From assembly GCA_016744065.1 (NCBI GenBank), contig JADGFA010000002.1, positions 28,796-92,795 on the forward strand: DNA of 64,000 nt, read 5' to 3'. Numbering within the stretch: the stretch's first letter is position 1; every line of letters starts with the position of its first letter. Below the pieces are notes generated by a model. That model was given only the letters and a program-made list of their open reading frames with translations, searched no databases and was not told where the DNA came from. Below, one piece after another: positions 10,747 to 20,911 of the stretch. The position numbers and the translations under genes were made by a program. The stretch is from Gammaproteobacteria bacterium. GTDB lineage: Bacteria; Pseudomonadota; Gammaproteobacteria; SZUA-229.

Positions 10747-10889
10747 TCAAATATTTTAAACAAAATATGCAGATATTTCTAATATTATTAATGCAACCGT
10801 CTAATTACTATTGAGTCTTAGTACATAAGCTAGATAGCTTAAATGATTTTATTTATATTTATCTAATTGATTAATAAGGAATTTATAGT

Positions 10890-11960
10890 ATGTTCAGCCG
10901 TGATAACTTAATTGTGTCTAAAGCTGTATTGGGTCAAAGTTTTAAATTATCATATATCAAATATCTTGTATTAGTCGTTAATCTGCTGTTTTTTGTATCG
11001 TTTCTTGTACCTGTTAATGTTTTGAGGGCTGAAACCTATGCTCCTGATCCATACTGGCAGGGTACGTTGGGCCCATTAAATATACGTTCCCTGTCGCCAG
11101 GTCAGTCATTACGCTTAGCACCTTTGCCGGCCTCTCCTTATGGATTGCCTGAGGGTGAAACGGAGTTGCATTTTAATATTGCGGCGGCGAGTATTTTTTT
11201 ACAGTCACCGGACATGTATCTGATTGATTTTAATTTTATTGATTCTCGTTTTGCGGTAACTCATGGGTTTTCAAATGGCTGGTCTACGGAATTGTCGTTT
11301 AATGATCGGCGGATTCATAATTTATATCTTGATGAATTTGTAGAGTCTTTTCACAATGTGTTTGGAATTGAACAAAATGGTCGAGATGTAAATCAGAATG
11401 AAACGCATGTTGTTATACCCAGGTATTCGGCTAATTTTGCGAGTGAATTAGAGGGTTCTTTTTCACAAACAATAGGTCTGTCTATTCAAAAGGTATTAAT
11501 TGATAAAAGTGTAGAGTGGCCTGCTGTTGCGGTTATTTTTAACACCAGTTTAGAGACCCTGTCGGATGGAATTATAGAAAAGGGAGCACTGGATTATGGC
11601 TTGCAGTTAACGATGGCGCAAAAACATGCTTCTGGTTATATGTTTGCTAATCTTACATACACACGATTTGGTTCTGATAAAGCACTGGACCTTGTTCCTC
11701 TAACAGAAAAGCAGTTTTCTGGCATGCTTGGGTATGAGTTTACGTTGGGTGCGAACCAGGCTTTTGTTGTGCAGTATTTATTTAGTGAAGGGGTGTTGAT
11801 TGACCTGGGGGCGCTGGACAAAGTAAGCCATGAAATACATTTTGGCTATAAATGGCGTACGGAAAATAATATTTTAGAGGTGGGTCTGGTAGAAAATATT
11901 GTGAATTTTGATAATGGCCCGGATGTCGGTTTTATGTTTGGTATTACGCACAGGTTGTAG
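10890..11960 (+). CDS. Putative outer-membrane beta-barrel protein (DUF3187-like)
   Basis: Signal-like N-terminus; GPLNIRSLSP, LDEFVESFHNVFGI, ENIVNFDNGPDVGF. Confidence 0.65.
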   Translation: MFSRDNLIVSKAVLGQSFKLSYIKYLVLVVNLLFFVSFLVPVNVLRAETYAPDPYWQGTLGPLNIRSLSPGQSLRLAPLPASPYGLPEGETELHFNIAAASIFLQSPDMYLIDFNFIDSRFAVTHGFSNGWSTELSFNDRRIHNLYLDEFVESFHNVFGIEQNGRDVNQNETHVVIPRYSANFASELEGSFSQTIGLSIQKVLIDKSVEWPAVAVIFNTSLETLSDGIIEKGALDYGLQLTMAQKHASGYMFANLTYTRFGSDKALDLVPLTEKQFSGMLGYEFTLGANQAFVVQYLFSEGVLIDLGALDKVSHEIHFGYKWRTENNILEVGLVENIVNFDNGPDVGFMFGITHRL

Positions 11961-12117
11961 AAAATGCCTGTTCTGGGATGGCCGCTGGTTTTCTATGAAT
12001 AAGGATTAGGAGGGGGGAGTGTATGCGGGGCGTTTGTTAAAAGATGCCAGGGTCGTCATTAACAGTAGCATAATGCTCTAACAACCCGTGTACCTCTAGT
12101 GACTCCAGGTTAAGGTG

Positions 12118-12152
12118 AAAAATATAAACCTGATGCCTGCGTTTATATTTTT
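12118..12152. terminator. Hairpin between convergent genes
   Basis: aaaaatataaac ... gtttatattttt 12-bp inverted repeat. Confidence 0.45.
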
Positions 12153-12197
12153 AAATAAAACCTGGTGCCATATAAGGGGTATCACCGTATTGTTAAA

Positions 12198-12533
12198 TTA
12201 ACTACAGCCTTTAGGGCGCGGTAAACCTGCAATTTTATTTGCACATTTAATCAGGCCTGTTGGAAATAGAGAATAAATGTATTTCTGATCACTTTTATCC
12301 TTGCCGTATTCTTTTTTCATCTTTTTAGAAAAAGCGCGTGGCTCACAAACAATACCGTTATCTGTAAAGTGTGCACGGGCCATATTAATTATGTTCCAGT
12401 GCTCCTCAGTTAGCTCAGGTACGTTTTCAGTAACGGCTATTTTTGCTGCTAATTCTTCGCTCCACTCATCCAGATTTAGCAACCAGCCCGCTTCGCTTAA
12501 TTCAATTGTCTTACCGTCAACAACCGCTTCCAT
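12198..12533 (-). CDS. TusE/DsrC/DsvC-family sulfur relay protein
   Basis: GWLLNLDEWSEELA, LTEEHW, YSLFP, KIAGLPRPKGCS. Confidence 0.9.
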   Translation of the reverse strand: MEAVVDGKTIELSEAGWLLNLDEWSEELAAKIAVTENVPELTEEHWNIINMARAHFTDNGIVCEPRAFSKKMKKEYGKDKSDQKYIYSLFPTGLIKCANKIAGLPRPKGCS

Positions 12534-12728
12534 TAAATCACCTCGTAAAATATAAATAATCTTGACTAATTTAGTCAGGTATTATCCATGAAAAAGCTTC
12601 AGGAGGCAAATGTTTTTGTCTACTTTGTTAGACAGTCGTCTTAGTTGGTGATAGTGTAAATATCTTCGCGTTCTTTAATGAGTTCGTCTAAGCTTAGTGA
12701 AGGCGCTGGCTATATATGTGAGAAGCTT

Positions 12729-13070
12729 ATGTCTGATCAGGAAATTGATATGTTTAAAGGTGTGCTGCCAGGTGAGCCGCTGTATAAACTTGCGCCTACG
12801 CGTGATAAGGACGGAAAGTCGTTCGTTGATTTTATGTTAATCATTCCTAAGCTAAAGAAAAAACCACAGGTTTATATAGATCGTACTTTAAAAGATATTC
12901 AAATGGTTCTGAGTCGTTATAGTTCAGATGTCGTATTTGCGAATATGGATTTAAAGCTTAATTGCTTATGGGTATCTCATAAGCATAAGCCTGGTTTATG
13001 CAAAGAGCTGACAATGGCTATTCGCGAATATGTGCCAGAAGCTACGTTAGTTGGGGATATTTCACGTTAA
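12729..13070 (+). CDS. Hypothetical protein
   Basis: Clean ORF divergent from the TusE-like gene; PTRDKDGKSFVDFMLIIP and LNCLWVS; start uncertain (12678 or 12729). Confidence 0.6.
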   Translation: MSDQEIDMFKGVLPGEPLYKLAPTRDKDGKSFVDFMLIIPKLKKKPQVYIDRTLKDIQMVLSRYSSDVVFANMDLKLNCLWVSHKHKPGLCKELTMAIREYVPEATLVGDISR

Positions 13071-13094
13071 TATTTGAAGTTTAGATAAAAAATT

Positions 13095-13433
13095 ATGACA
13101 GAAGCTGTAATTGATACGTTAGTGTTTGATGAAATTGCTGATTTAATGGGTGATGCAATAAGTGAGTTTATTGGTGTTTATCTGGATAACTCACCCAAAT
13201 TACTTGAGGGTATTGGGAGTGCGTTGCCAGCAGGTGATATTGATAGTGTTATTTCAAATGCACATCAGTTGAAGGGGGGGAGCGGGAGTATCGGCGCAAT
13301 GCAGGTCTTTCAGTATGCCAAACAGTTGGAGGATGGAGCCAGAGAAGGTAGCCTGGATAACTTAAGTGTGCTCTTTGAAGAGCTTAAAGTGGCGTATAAG
13401 CTGGTAGATGCGGAGTTGAGATTGCATTTATAG
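13095..13433 (+). CDS. Stand-alone Hpt phosphotransfer protein
   Basis: AHQLKGGSGSIGA Hpt motif. Confidence 0.9.
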   Translation: MTEAVIDTLVFDEIADLMGDAISEFIGVYLDNSPKLLEGIGSALPAGDIDSVISNAHQLKGGSGSIGAMQVFQYAKQLEDGAREGSLDNLSVLFEELKVAYKLVDAELRLHL

Positions 13434-13538
13434 TTTTGTTTGTGGGCAATCAGTTTTTTGCTTTGATTTTTGTGGCGCCTTCGTTTAGGTGGGTAGTGTA
13501 AAAACGTATCTTAACCTGGGTTTCGAGCTACATAATTG

Positions 13539-13571
13539 GGTGATAAGGCCTGAAAAGTGAGGCCCATCACC
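13539..13571. terminator. Hairpin between convergent hpt and argH
   Basis: ggtgat-aa-ggcct ... aggcc-c-atcacc. Confidence 0.45.
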
Positions 13572-13599
13572 GATGGAAGCAGGTTATTAAGCTATTAGC

Positions 13600-15003
13600 T
13601 TATTTAATTCTTTCACGACCGTCTGCAACAGCCCTTAGTACCTGTTCAGGTGCCGTGCCACCAATATGATTACGGGCCGCTACAGAGCCTTCCAGTGTTA
13701 ATACATCAAATACATCTTGCTGGATAATATCAGAAAATTGCTGTAACTCTTTCAGTGACATTTCACTTAAGTCTTTGCTGGTTTCAACACCATATGCCAC
13801 GGCTTTGCCGACAACTTCATGAGCGTCACGAAAAGGCAGGCCCTTAACAACCAGGTAATCAGCTAAGTCAGTTGCAGTGGAAAAGCCCTGTTTAGCGGCT
13901 TTATACATATTTTCTTTTTTTGATTCAATTGCAGGAATCATGTCGGCAAATGCGCGTAAAGATCCCAATAATGTGTCGATTGTGTCAAAAATGGGTTCTT
14001 TGTCTTCCTGGTTGTCTTTGTTGTAAGCCAGGGGTTGTGACTTCATAAGTGTGAGCAGTGAAATTAAATTGCCATTAACACGACCTGTTTTACCGCGAAT
14101 TAACTCAGGAACATCCGGGTTTTTCTTTTGCGGCATAATGGAAGAGCCAGTGCAAAAACGATCTGGCAGATTAATAAAATTAAACTGTGCAGATGACCAC
14201 AACACGAGTTCTTCTGAGAAACGCGACAGGTGCGTCATTAGAATGGCTGCATCAGCACAGAATTCAATGGCAAAGTCACGGTCGCTTACGGCGTCTAATG
14301 AATTACGGCAGACATCGTCAAATTTAAGTAATTCAGCTGTGAAATGCCGATCAATCGGGTAGGTCGTCCCTGCCAATGCTGCGGCACCCAGAGGCAGGAT
14401 ATTTAAACGGTGTGCACAGTCTTCCAGGCGTGATGCGTCACGTTGCATATTTTCAAACCAGGCCAGTAGATGGTGCCCAAATGTAACCGGCTGTGCGACC
14501 TGTAAATGAGTAAACCCCGGCATAATCGTGCTGGCTTCCTGTTCAGCCAGGTCGAGTAAACCCGTTTGCAGGCGGCGTATTTCAGCTATGGCAAAAGTAA
14601 TTTGTTCACGCAGATACAGGCGAATATCTGTTGCAACCTGGTCATTTCGAGAGCGCCCTGTGTGCAGGCGTTTTCCCGCATCACCGACTAATTCGGTCAG
14701 GCGTGCCTCGATATTCATATGTACATCTTCGCGGGCTATAGACCATTCAAATTGCCCATCTGTAATTTCCTGTTCTATCTGATCCAGACCCTTTAGCAGG
14801 GATTGTAGATCTTCATCTGTTAGTACGCCGATCTTTGTTAGCATACGGGCATGGGCGCGTGAGCCCTCAATATCCTGTTGATACAGGCGCTGGTCAAATT
14901 GAACGGAGGCCGTAAATGCTTCGACAAATGAATCGGTGGGCTCTGAAAAACGTCCCCCCCATAATTTATCGGATGGTTTATTTGGATCTGAAGGTTTGCT
15001 CAT
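13600..15003 (-). CDS. argH: Argininosuccinate lyase
   Basis: [32 protein letters not shown]; ATG at 15003. Confidence 0.97.
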   Translation of the reverse strand: MSKPSDPNKPSDKLWGGRFSEPTDSFVEAFTASVQFDQRLYQQDIEGSRAHARMLTKIGVLTDEDLQSLLKGLDQIEQEITDGQFEWSIAREDVHMNIEARLTELVGDAGKRLHTGRSRNDQVATDIRLYLREQITFAIAEIRRLQTGLLDLAEQEASTIMPGFTHLQVAQPVTFGHHLLAWFENMQRDASRLEDCAHRLNILPLGAAALAGTTYPIDRHFTAELLKFDDVCRNSLDAVSDRDFAIEFCADAAILMTHLSRFSEELVLWSSAQFNFINLPDRFCTGSSIMPQKKNPDVPELIRGKTGRVNGNLISLLTLMKSQPLAYNKDNQEDKEPIFDTIDTLLGSLRAFADMIPAIESKKENMYKAAKQGFSTATDLADYLVVKGLPFRDAHEVVGKAVAYGVETSKDLSEMSLKELQQFSDIIQQDVFDVLTLEGSVAARNHIGGTAPEQVLRAVADGRERIK

Positions 15004-15305
15004 GCTACAAGTGAGTCCTGAAACTGGTGTTGAATTAGCGCGGAGTATAGCAAACCCCATACAGCTAACCAATTGATGTGTGCCAGTGATGCTCTTTTAT
15101 AGCCATAAACGGCCTTATTTATGCCTGTTTTGCTCAGGTGTAGGTCGTTGCTTTCTGGTGCCCTGGTCTTTATTGGAGGCAGCCTTTAGCAGGTGCATAA
15201 AAACTGAGTAAATAATAAAGAGTGATTCAGAGTATGAAAATGTCTTTAACTTATTCCCTGCTGTATTTGTTAACAAACACCTAGTATATCGTCTAAACTG
15301 CCGGT

Positions 15306-16352
15306 ATGGACATGGATACAAATTTAAACCGGGGCTTTATCCCAAATTTATGTGAAGTTTCGGCTGTTTTTATGCTGGTTTTAATAGTGGAATTATTATC
15401 ACTGTTGCTGGCTTTAGCCCCTTCAGGTCAGGCTGGTTTCTGGCAGCGTCTGGCGCTTATTTCTTTTTTTGCTCAATGGCTGGGGCTGGTTAATGCAAGT
15501 TTGCTTTGTGTATTAAGAAGCTGGTTGAATAAACAGGCTGTATTGATATGTGCAGTGTCGAGTTTTGCCCTGATGTTGTTGATAACGGTAGTATTTAGTG
15601 CGCTGGTTGTCTACATTAGTGATGTGATGGCCTTATCGAGTAATACGACCAAACAGGAAATAAGTTATTTTATGCTACGAAACCTGTCTATCAGTAGCAT
15701 TATTTATGGTGTGATTTTACGTTATTTTTATGTTCAGCATCAATGGCGATTAAATATAGAGGCGCAAAGTCATGCGCAGTTACAGGCATTAAAAGCGCGT
15801 ATTCGTCCTCATTTTTTATTTAACTCTATGAATACGATTGCATGTCTGGTGCATATTGATGCGAATAAAGCAGAAAAGGCGGTAGAAGACTTATCGGACT
15901 TATTTAGAGCGAGTCTACAGGAAGATACAATGCATACGCTGCGAAATGAGCTCGATCTTGTGGCAAGCTATCTTGATATTGAGCACCTGCGTCTGGATCA
16001 ACGTCTTTCAATCGACTGGCATCTGGATCTGGATGATGATGTTATGGAGCTTGAGGTGCCTTCTTTATGTTTGCAGCCTTTAGTAGAGAATGCCATTTAT
16101 CATGGGATAGAGCCCCTTTCTGAGGGGGGAAGTATAAAAATTTCAGCGCAACTTGAAAACAATCGACTATGCTTAAGTGTAAGCAATCCGGTTACCGAGC
16201 ATGGCATAATGAGTCGGCATAAGGGAAATCATATGGCGCAGGCAAATATACAGACCCGCCTGGCGTTAATGTATGGAGACGAAGCCGAATTTAATATTAA
16301 TGCAGAGCCTGAACTGTATACGGTTTCCATAGGAATACCTTTGAAAATATGA
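15306..16352 (+). CDS. algZ: LytS-type sensor kinase AlgZ/FimS
   Basis: ALKARIRPHFLFNSMN, LQPLVENAIYHG; argH-algZ-algR-hemC synteny. Confidence 0.88.
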   Translation: MDMDTNLNRGFIPNLCEVSAVFMLVLIVELLSLLLALAPSGQAGFWQRLALISFFAQWLGLVNASLLCVLRSWLNKQAVLICAVSSFALMLLITVVFSALVVYISDVMALSSNTTKQEISYFMLRNLSISSIIYGVILRYFYVQHQWRLNIEAQSHAQLQALKARIRPHFLFNSMNTIACLVHIDANKAEKAVEDLSDLFRASLQEDTMHTLRNELDLVASYLDIEHLRLDQRLSIDWHLDLDDDVMELEVPSLCLQPLVENAIYHGIEPLSEGGSIKISAQLENNRLCLSVSNPVTEHGIMSRHKGNHMAQANIQTRLALMYGDEAEFNINAEPELYTVSIGIPLKI

Positions 16353-17095
16353 ATATACTGATTGTTGATGATGAGCCATTGGCCAGGCAAAGGTTAATTG
16401 GCCTGGTGCAGGAGTTAAATGGTTTTGAAGTCTGCGCTAATGCGTCTAATGGTAAAGATGCGCTGCGACTGGCGCAGGAATTAAAACCAGATGTGGTTTT
16501 ACTCGATATTCGTATGCCCGGTATGGATGGTATAGAAACCGCGCATCACATGAATCGATTAAGTAAACCGCCTGCAATAGTCTTTACCACGGCTTTTAGT
16601 GAGCATGCATTAAAAGCCTTTGAAACACATGCTGTGGATTATTTACTTAAACCCGTTAAGCAGGACAGGTTGCATGAAGCTTTAGCTGCGGCTGTGCGCC
16701 TGACCAAGCCGCAACTTGAACAGCTTAAGTATATTGATGAGCAGCCCAAAGTGCGTACCCATATATGCGTAAAAACCCGGGGGACGCTTGAACTGGTGCC
16801 AATAGATAGTATTCGTTATTTTTTGGCGGATCATAAATACGTAACCTTACGCATCGAAGACCATGAGTGTCTGATAGAAGAATCATTAAAGTCATTAGAA
16901 ACTGAATTTGACCATATTTTTACGCGCATTCATCGTAATGCGCTGGTTGCAGATCAATTTATGAGTGGTCTGGAAAAAAATTCAGAAGGACATTGTGTGA
17001 TTACTATTGAGGGCATTGAAGAGCGGCTGGAAATATCACGCAGGCACTTACCTCATGTTAGAAAAAAAATCAAAAATATGGCAACTTATAAATAA
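16349..17095 (+). CDS. algR: LytTR response regulator AlgR
   Basis: VDDEPLAR, LLDIRMPGMDG, DYLLKP, RIHRNALV, ISRRH. Confidence 0.9.
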   Translation: MNILIVDDEPLARQRLIGLVQELNGFEVCANASNGKDALRLAQELKPDVVLLDIRMPGMDGIETAHHMNRLSKPPAIVFTTAFSEHALKAFETHAVDYLLKPVKQDRLHEALAAAVRLTKPQLEQLKYIDEQPKVRTHICVKTRGTLELVPIDSIRYFLADHKYVTLRIEDHECLIEESLKSLETEFDHIFTRIHRNALVADQFMSGLEKNSEGHCVITIEGIEERLEISRRHLPHVRKKIKNMATYK

Positions 17096-19031
17096 GTTAT
17101 TATTTTTCGTTTTTTTAGTTTTATCACTAAATAGCCTGGCGGAAAATAAAAAAGACTCTTTTTTAGACTTATCTTTAGAAGAGCTAATGAATGTTTCAGT
17201 GGCTTCATTATTTGATGAGTCACTACTTGAGGCAAGCTCGAGTGTCACGGTAATAAGTGAAGATACATGGCAAAATAACGGTGCGCGGCGCACTAATGAA
17301 ATTATGTCCTATCAGGCCTCTACAATGGTTCATCCTACATTAGGCGGTGCCGATGCCTTTGCAATACGTGGTTTTTCTAATCGCTTATCTGTGAGAGGGA
17401 TTGCGACGTTGCTGGACGGTGTACCATTAAATACCTATTCCTTTGGTACGGCTCAATATTTTCTCGCAAACTTTGATTTAGGTGCATTACAGCGAGCAGA
17501 GCTAATTCGTGGTCCGGGTTCAGCCATTTATGGGAGTGATGCTTTTCATGGTGTGCTTTCCCTTTCTACTTTTATGCCAGATAAAAATACAGTTGAAACA
17601 GAGCTGGGTTTAGGCTCACCTGGTTATGCAAGAGCGCATATTCGCTTTAGTCAGTCTGTGGGTGAAAGTAGTAGGCTGTCTGGTGCTGTTGCATCTACAC
17701 ATCAGGGAGATGGGCATATTATATTTGATACAGCCGACCCGAATATACAGGGTGTACGTGAAGATGCCTATTTATCGAAAACAGCCTATATAAAATCAAA
17801 AAATACACTCAATCAGCATTGGGACACGCAATGGGGGCTTTATTATAACCGTTGGAAAGGCAGTGATTTTCCAAGCTTTGGTGAGATAATTTTAGGTGAA
17901 AATGATGTTAGTAATAATCAGCAGGAATTTTATATGCTGACGGCCAATGCACGTTACTCATGGAATCAGAACCAGTCACTACAAATTAAAAGTTACTTCT
18001 GGAATACCGATCAGCAATTTGAATATGAGCTTCAGGCATTACCCTTTCAGGCTCAGGAAGATCAGCGTTATGGCTTAAGTATAATTATGAAAGATGAGGG
18101 TGCTGACAATGGGCCGCGTTGGTTATTAGGCATTGGTGCTGATAAAACAGAAGTGGTTTCTACTGGTGTGAGTACGGGTGTACAGGCATTTGATGGGCTG
18201 AAGCGCAATATTGGTAACGTGTTTGCACAGGTGCGCTGGCCTTTTTTAGAGGGCAAATTGCTTTTTGATCTAGGGGCCAGAGTGGATGAGTACTCTGATT
18301 TTGACTCTCATTTTAGCCCAAGAATGGGCCTGGTTTATCTGCTTGAAGATAATCAGGCGGTTAAATTTCAATATGGTCATGCTTTTCGTGCACCTGTTGC
18401 GGGTGAAGTATCGTCATCGGGAAATATACAGGGAAACCTGGATTTATTACCTGAAACCATTGATACCTATGAGCTTATCTGGATGAAACAGAAGGAGCTA
18501 TACTCCCTGACGACAACGTTGTTTATGAGTAACTGGCAGGATGCCATTATTATTGTTGATGATAATAGCCTGCCAGCTCCCTTTATCCGTCGCTACGACA
18601 ACCTGGGTGATTTTAGTTCAAAAGGCCTGGAGCTTGAGTCATCAATATTAATAGATGACTGGAAAATAGAAGGGGCATATTCTTTTGTAAAGAGTGAGGA
18701 TAAAAATAAATCAGAGGCATTTGTCGCCTTTCCAGAGCATATCTTCCAGTTGGGGGTATCAAATTATATAAATTCAAAGCTGGATATCCACCTGTTTAAT
18801 CGTGCTTATTTTGATGTATCTGCAAATCCGGGTCAGGCATCTGGTCAACTGGGCGATATCTGGCAACTTAACTTAGGCATGAATTATCAATGGGATAAAA
18901 ATCTGCTTATCTCTGTCGATATACGAAATGCACTTAATAGAGAGGACCCAGTACCCTCTCTCTGGGGGAATGATCAGGGTTTACCTGTAGATGGTATTCA
19001 GTTTAGTAGCTATCTTCGATATCAGTTTTAG
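17055..19031 (+). CDS. TonB-dependent receptor
   Basis: Signal peptide, LDLSLEELMNVSV, plug motif RAELIRGPGSAIYGSDA, FRAP, terminal YQF; start uncertain. Confidence 0.88.
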   Translation: MLEKKSKIWQLINKLLFFVFLVLSLNSLAENKKDSFLDLSLEELMNVSVASLFDESLLEASSSVTVISEDTWQNNGARRTNEIMSYQASTMVHPTLGGADAFAIRGFSNRLSVRGIATLLDGVPLNTYSFGTAQYFLANFDLGALQRAELIRGPGSAIYGSDAFHGVLSLSTFMPDKNTVETELGLGSPGYARAHIRFSQSVGESSRLSGAVASTHQGDGHIIFDTADPNIQGVREDAYLSKTAYIKSKNTLNQHWDTQWGLYYNRWKGSDFPSFGEIILGENDVSNNQQEFYMLTANARYSWNQNQSLQIKSYFWNTDQQFEYELQALPFQAQEDQRYGLSIIMKDEGADNGPRWLLGIGADKTEVVSTGVSTGVQAFDGLKRNIGNVFAQVRWPFLEGKLLFDLGARVDEYSDFDSHFSPRMGLVYLLEDNQAVKFQYGHAFRAPVAGEVSSSGNIQGNLDLLPETIDTYELIWMKQKELYSLTTTLFMSNWQDAIIIVDDNSLPAPFIRRYDNLGDFSSKGLELESSILIDDWKIEGAYSFVKSEDKNKSEAFVAFPEHIFQLGVSNYINSKLDIHLFNRAYFDVSANPGQASGQLGDIWQLNLGMNYQWDKNLLISVDIRNALNREDPVPSLWGNDQGLPVDGIQFSSYLRYQF

Positions 19032-19124
19032 TGAAACAGCTTAGTTATTGGCTTTTTATTTCATTAGCTGGTGTGTAGCTGAATCTCAGGTAAAATAAGC
19101 GCTTTTAAATGTCTGGAATATTCC

Positions 19125-20054
19125 ATGTCGCAAACCATTCGTATCGCTACACGTAAAAGCCCACTCGCCCTCTGGCAGGCTGAAGAGGTGTCACGTCAAT
19201 TAAGGCTTTTATACCCCGATCTGAAAATAGAACTGATTAAAATTCTATCAAAAGGCGATAAAATTCTTGATGCACCCCTGGCAAAGGTAGGTGGCAAAGG
19301 TTTATTTGTTAAAGAGCTGGAGCAATCTATGCTGGATGGTGAGTCTGATATTGCTGTGCATTCAATGAAAGATGTGCCCATGGTCTTTCCTGGTGGCTTG
19401 CATCTACCGGTTATTATGGAACGAGAGGACCCCACTGATGCCTTTGTTTCGAATAACTATAATAGCCTTGAGGCGTTGCCTGAAAATGCACGTATTGGTT
19501 CATCAAGCTTACGTCGCCAGTTACAGATAAAAGAAGTCATGCCAGAAGCGCAAATGCTTAATTTACGGGGTAATGTAAATAGTCGCCTGCAAAAACTGGA
19601 TAATGGTGATTATGATGCCATTATTCTTGCCACTGCGGGTTTGCTGAGGCTTGGTTTTGATGAGCGTATTAAAGGCAGGATTGCACCCGAGCAGAGCTTG
19701 CCATCTGTCGGGCAGGGTGCGGTGGGTATCGAATGTCGAGTGGGTGATAAAGCAATAGAGTCATTGATTGCACCATTAAACCATACAGATACCCATGTAC
19801 GGCTGAGCGCTGAACGGGCAATGAATAATCGTTTAAATGGGGGCTGTCAGGTACCTATTGCGGGGTTTGCGCTGCTGGAAAATAATGAAATTTATTTACG
19901 CGGCCTGGTTGGTCGTCCGGATGGCAGTGAAGTGATTCGAGGTGAGGTAAAAGGCGCAGTGGATAAGGCTGAAGCACTTGGCAGGCAATTAGCGGAACAA
20001 CTGCTAAATGACGGTGCAGATGTTATCTTGCGTGAAATGGGCATGATTGATTGA
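19125..20054 (+). CDS. hemC: Hydroxymethylbilane synthase
   Basis: [37 protein letters not shown]. Confidence 0.97.
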   Translation: MSQTIRIATRKSPLALWQAEEVSRQLRLLYPDLKIELIKILSKGDKILDAPLAKVGGKGLFVKELEQSMLDGESDIAVHSMKDVPMVFPGGLHLPVIMEREDPTDAFVSNNYNSLEALPENARIGSSSLRRQLQIKEVMPEAQMLNLRGNVNSRLQKLDNGDYDAIILATAGLLRLGFDERIKGRIAPEQSLPSVGQGAVGIECRVGDKAIESLIAPLNHTDTHVRLSAERAMNNRLNGGCQVPIAGFALLENNEIYLRGLVGRPDGSEVIRGEVKGAVDKAEALGRQLAEQLLNDGADVILREMGMID

Positions 20055-20099
20055 GTTATTCTGATATCAATAGCAGTATTGTTTGTTGTCAGGTCTGTA

Positions 20100-20885
20100 A
20101 TGCCTGAGGATGGTAATGTTGTATTAGTGACTCGGCCGCAGCAGCAGGCGGTTGAGTTTATTAAGCTGTTGAAAGATAAGGGTATTAATTCATTGCCCTT
20201 TCCCTGCATAGAAATACAGCCTGTTGAACTAAGTGAATCTCTTAAAGCGGTTTTAAATACGCTTAACAATATTGATTTAATTATCTTTATTAGTGCAAAT
20301 GCCGTTATATCGGCTGAAGCAATATTGCAGCAGCAGGGTATTAAGCCCGTATCGATTAGCGCAAAAATTGCAACCATCGGTAAGGCTACATTTTTAGCTG
20401 CAAAGCGGTCTGGATTTAAGGTGGATCTGAGCCCGGATAGTGGCTTTAATAGCGAGTCATTACTTGCGTTAAACGAGCTACAGACAGATCAGATAAAAGA
20501 GACACAATGTCTTATTTTTAGAGGTGTTGGTGGCCTGGAGTATTTATCTGATGAACTGCAGAAAAGAGGCGCGAAAGTGCAGTATGCTGAAGTTTATCAG
20601 CGGGTAAAGCCGTTGTTTGATAGAAACACAAGTCGCCAGCAATTGAGTAAATCATGGGGTGAGCTGGCAATAAAGGCCATCACTGTGACCAGTAATGAAT
20701 CATTACAGAACCTGTATGATATGCTAGAACAACCAGGTAAGCATGAGATGCTAAAAACATTGCTAATTGTTGCGTCTCAACGGGGTTTTGAACTGGCTCA
20801 GAGCCTGGGTTTTAAGTCGATTAAACTGGCGGCATCAGCAATGAATGATCATATGCTTGAAGCGGTCGAAAATGCATTTGAATGA
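20100..20885 (+). CDS. hemD: Uroporphyrinogen-III synthase
   Basis: VLVTRP, IFISANAV, SESLL, EVYQR; follows hemC. Confidence 0.92.
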   Translation: MPEDGNVVLVTRPQQQAVEFIKLLKDKGINSLPFPCIEIQPVELSESLKAVLNTLNNIDLIIFISANAVISAEAILQQQGIKPVSISAKIATIGKATFLAAKRSGFKVDLSPDSGFNSESLLALNELQTDQIKETQCLIFRGVGGLEYLSDELQKRGAKVQYAEVYQRVKPLFDRNTSRQQLSKSWGELAIKAITVTSNESLQNLYDMLEQPGKHEMLKTLLIVASQRGFELAQSLGFKSIKLAASAMNDHMLEAVENAFE

Positions 20886-20911
20886 ACGGAATATATTAAA
20901 GTAAATCTATT

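Noticed and set aside
15115-15321. 68-aa ORF between argH and algZ
   Set aside because: No motif or RBS; lies in a divergent promoter region
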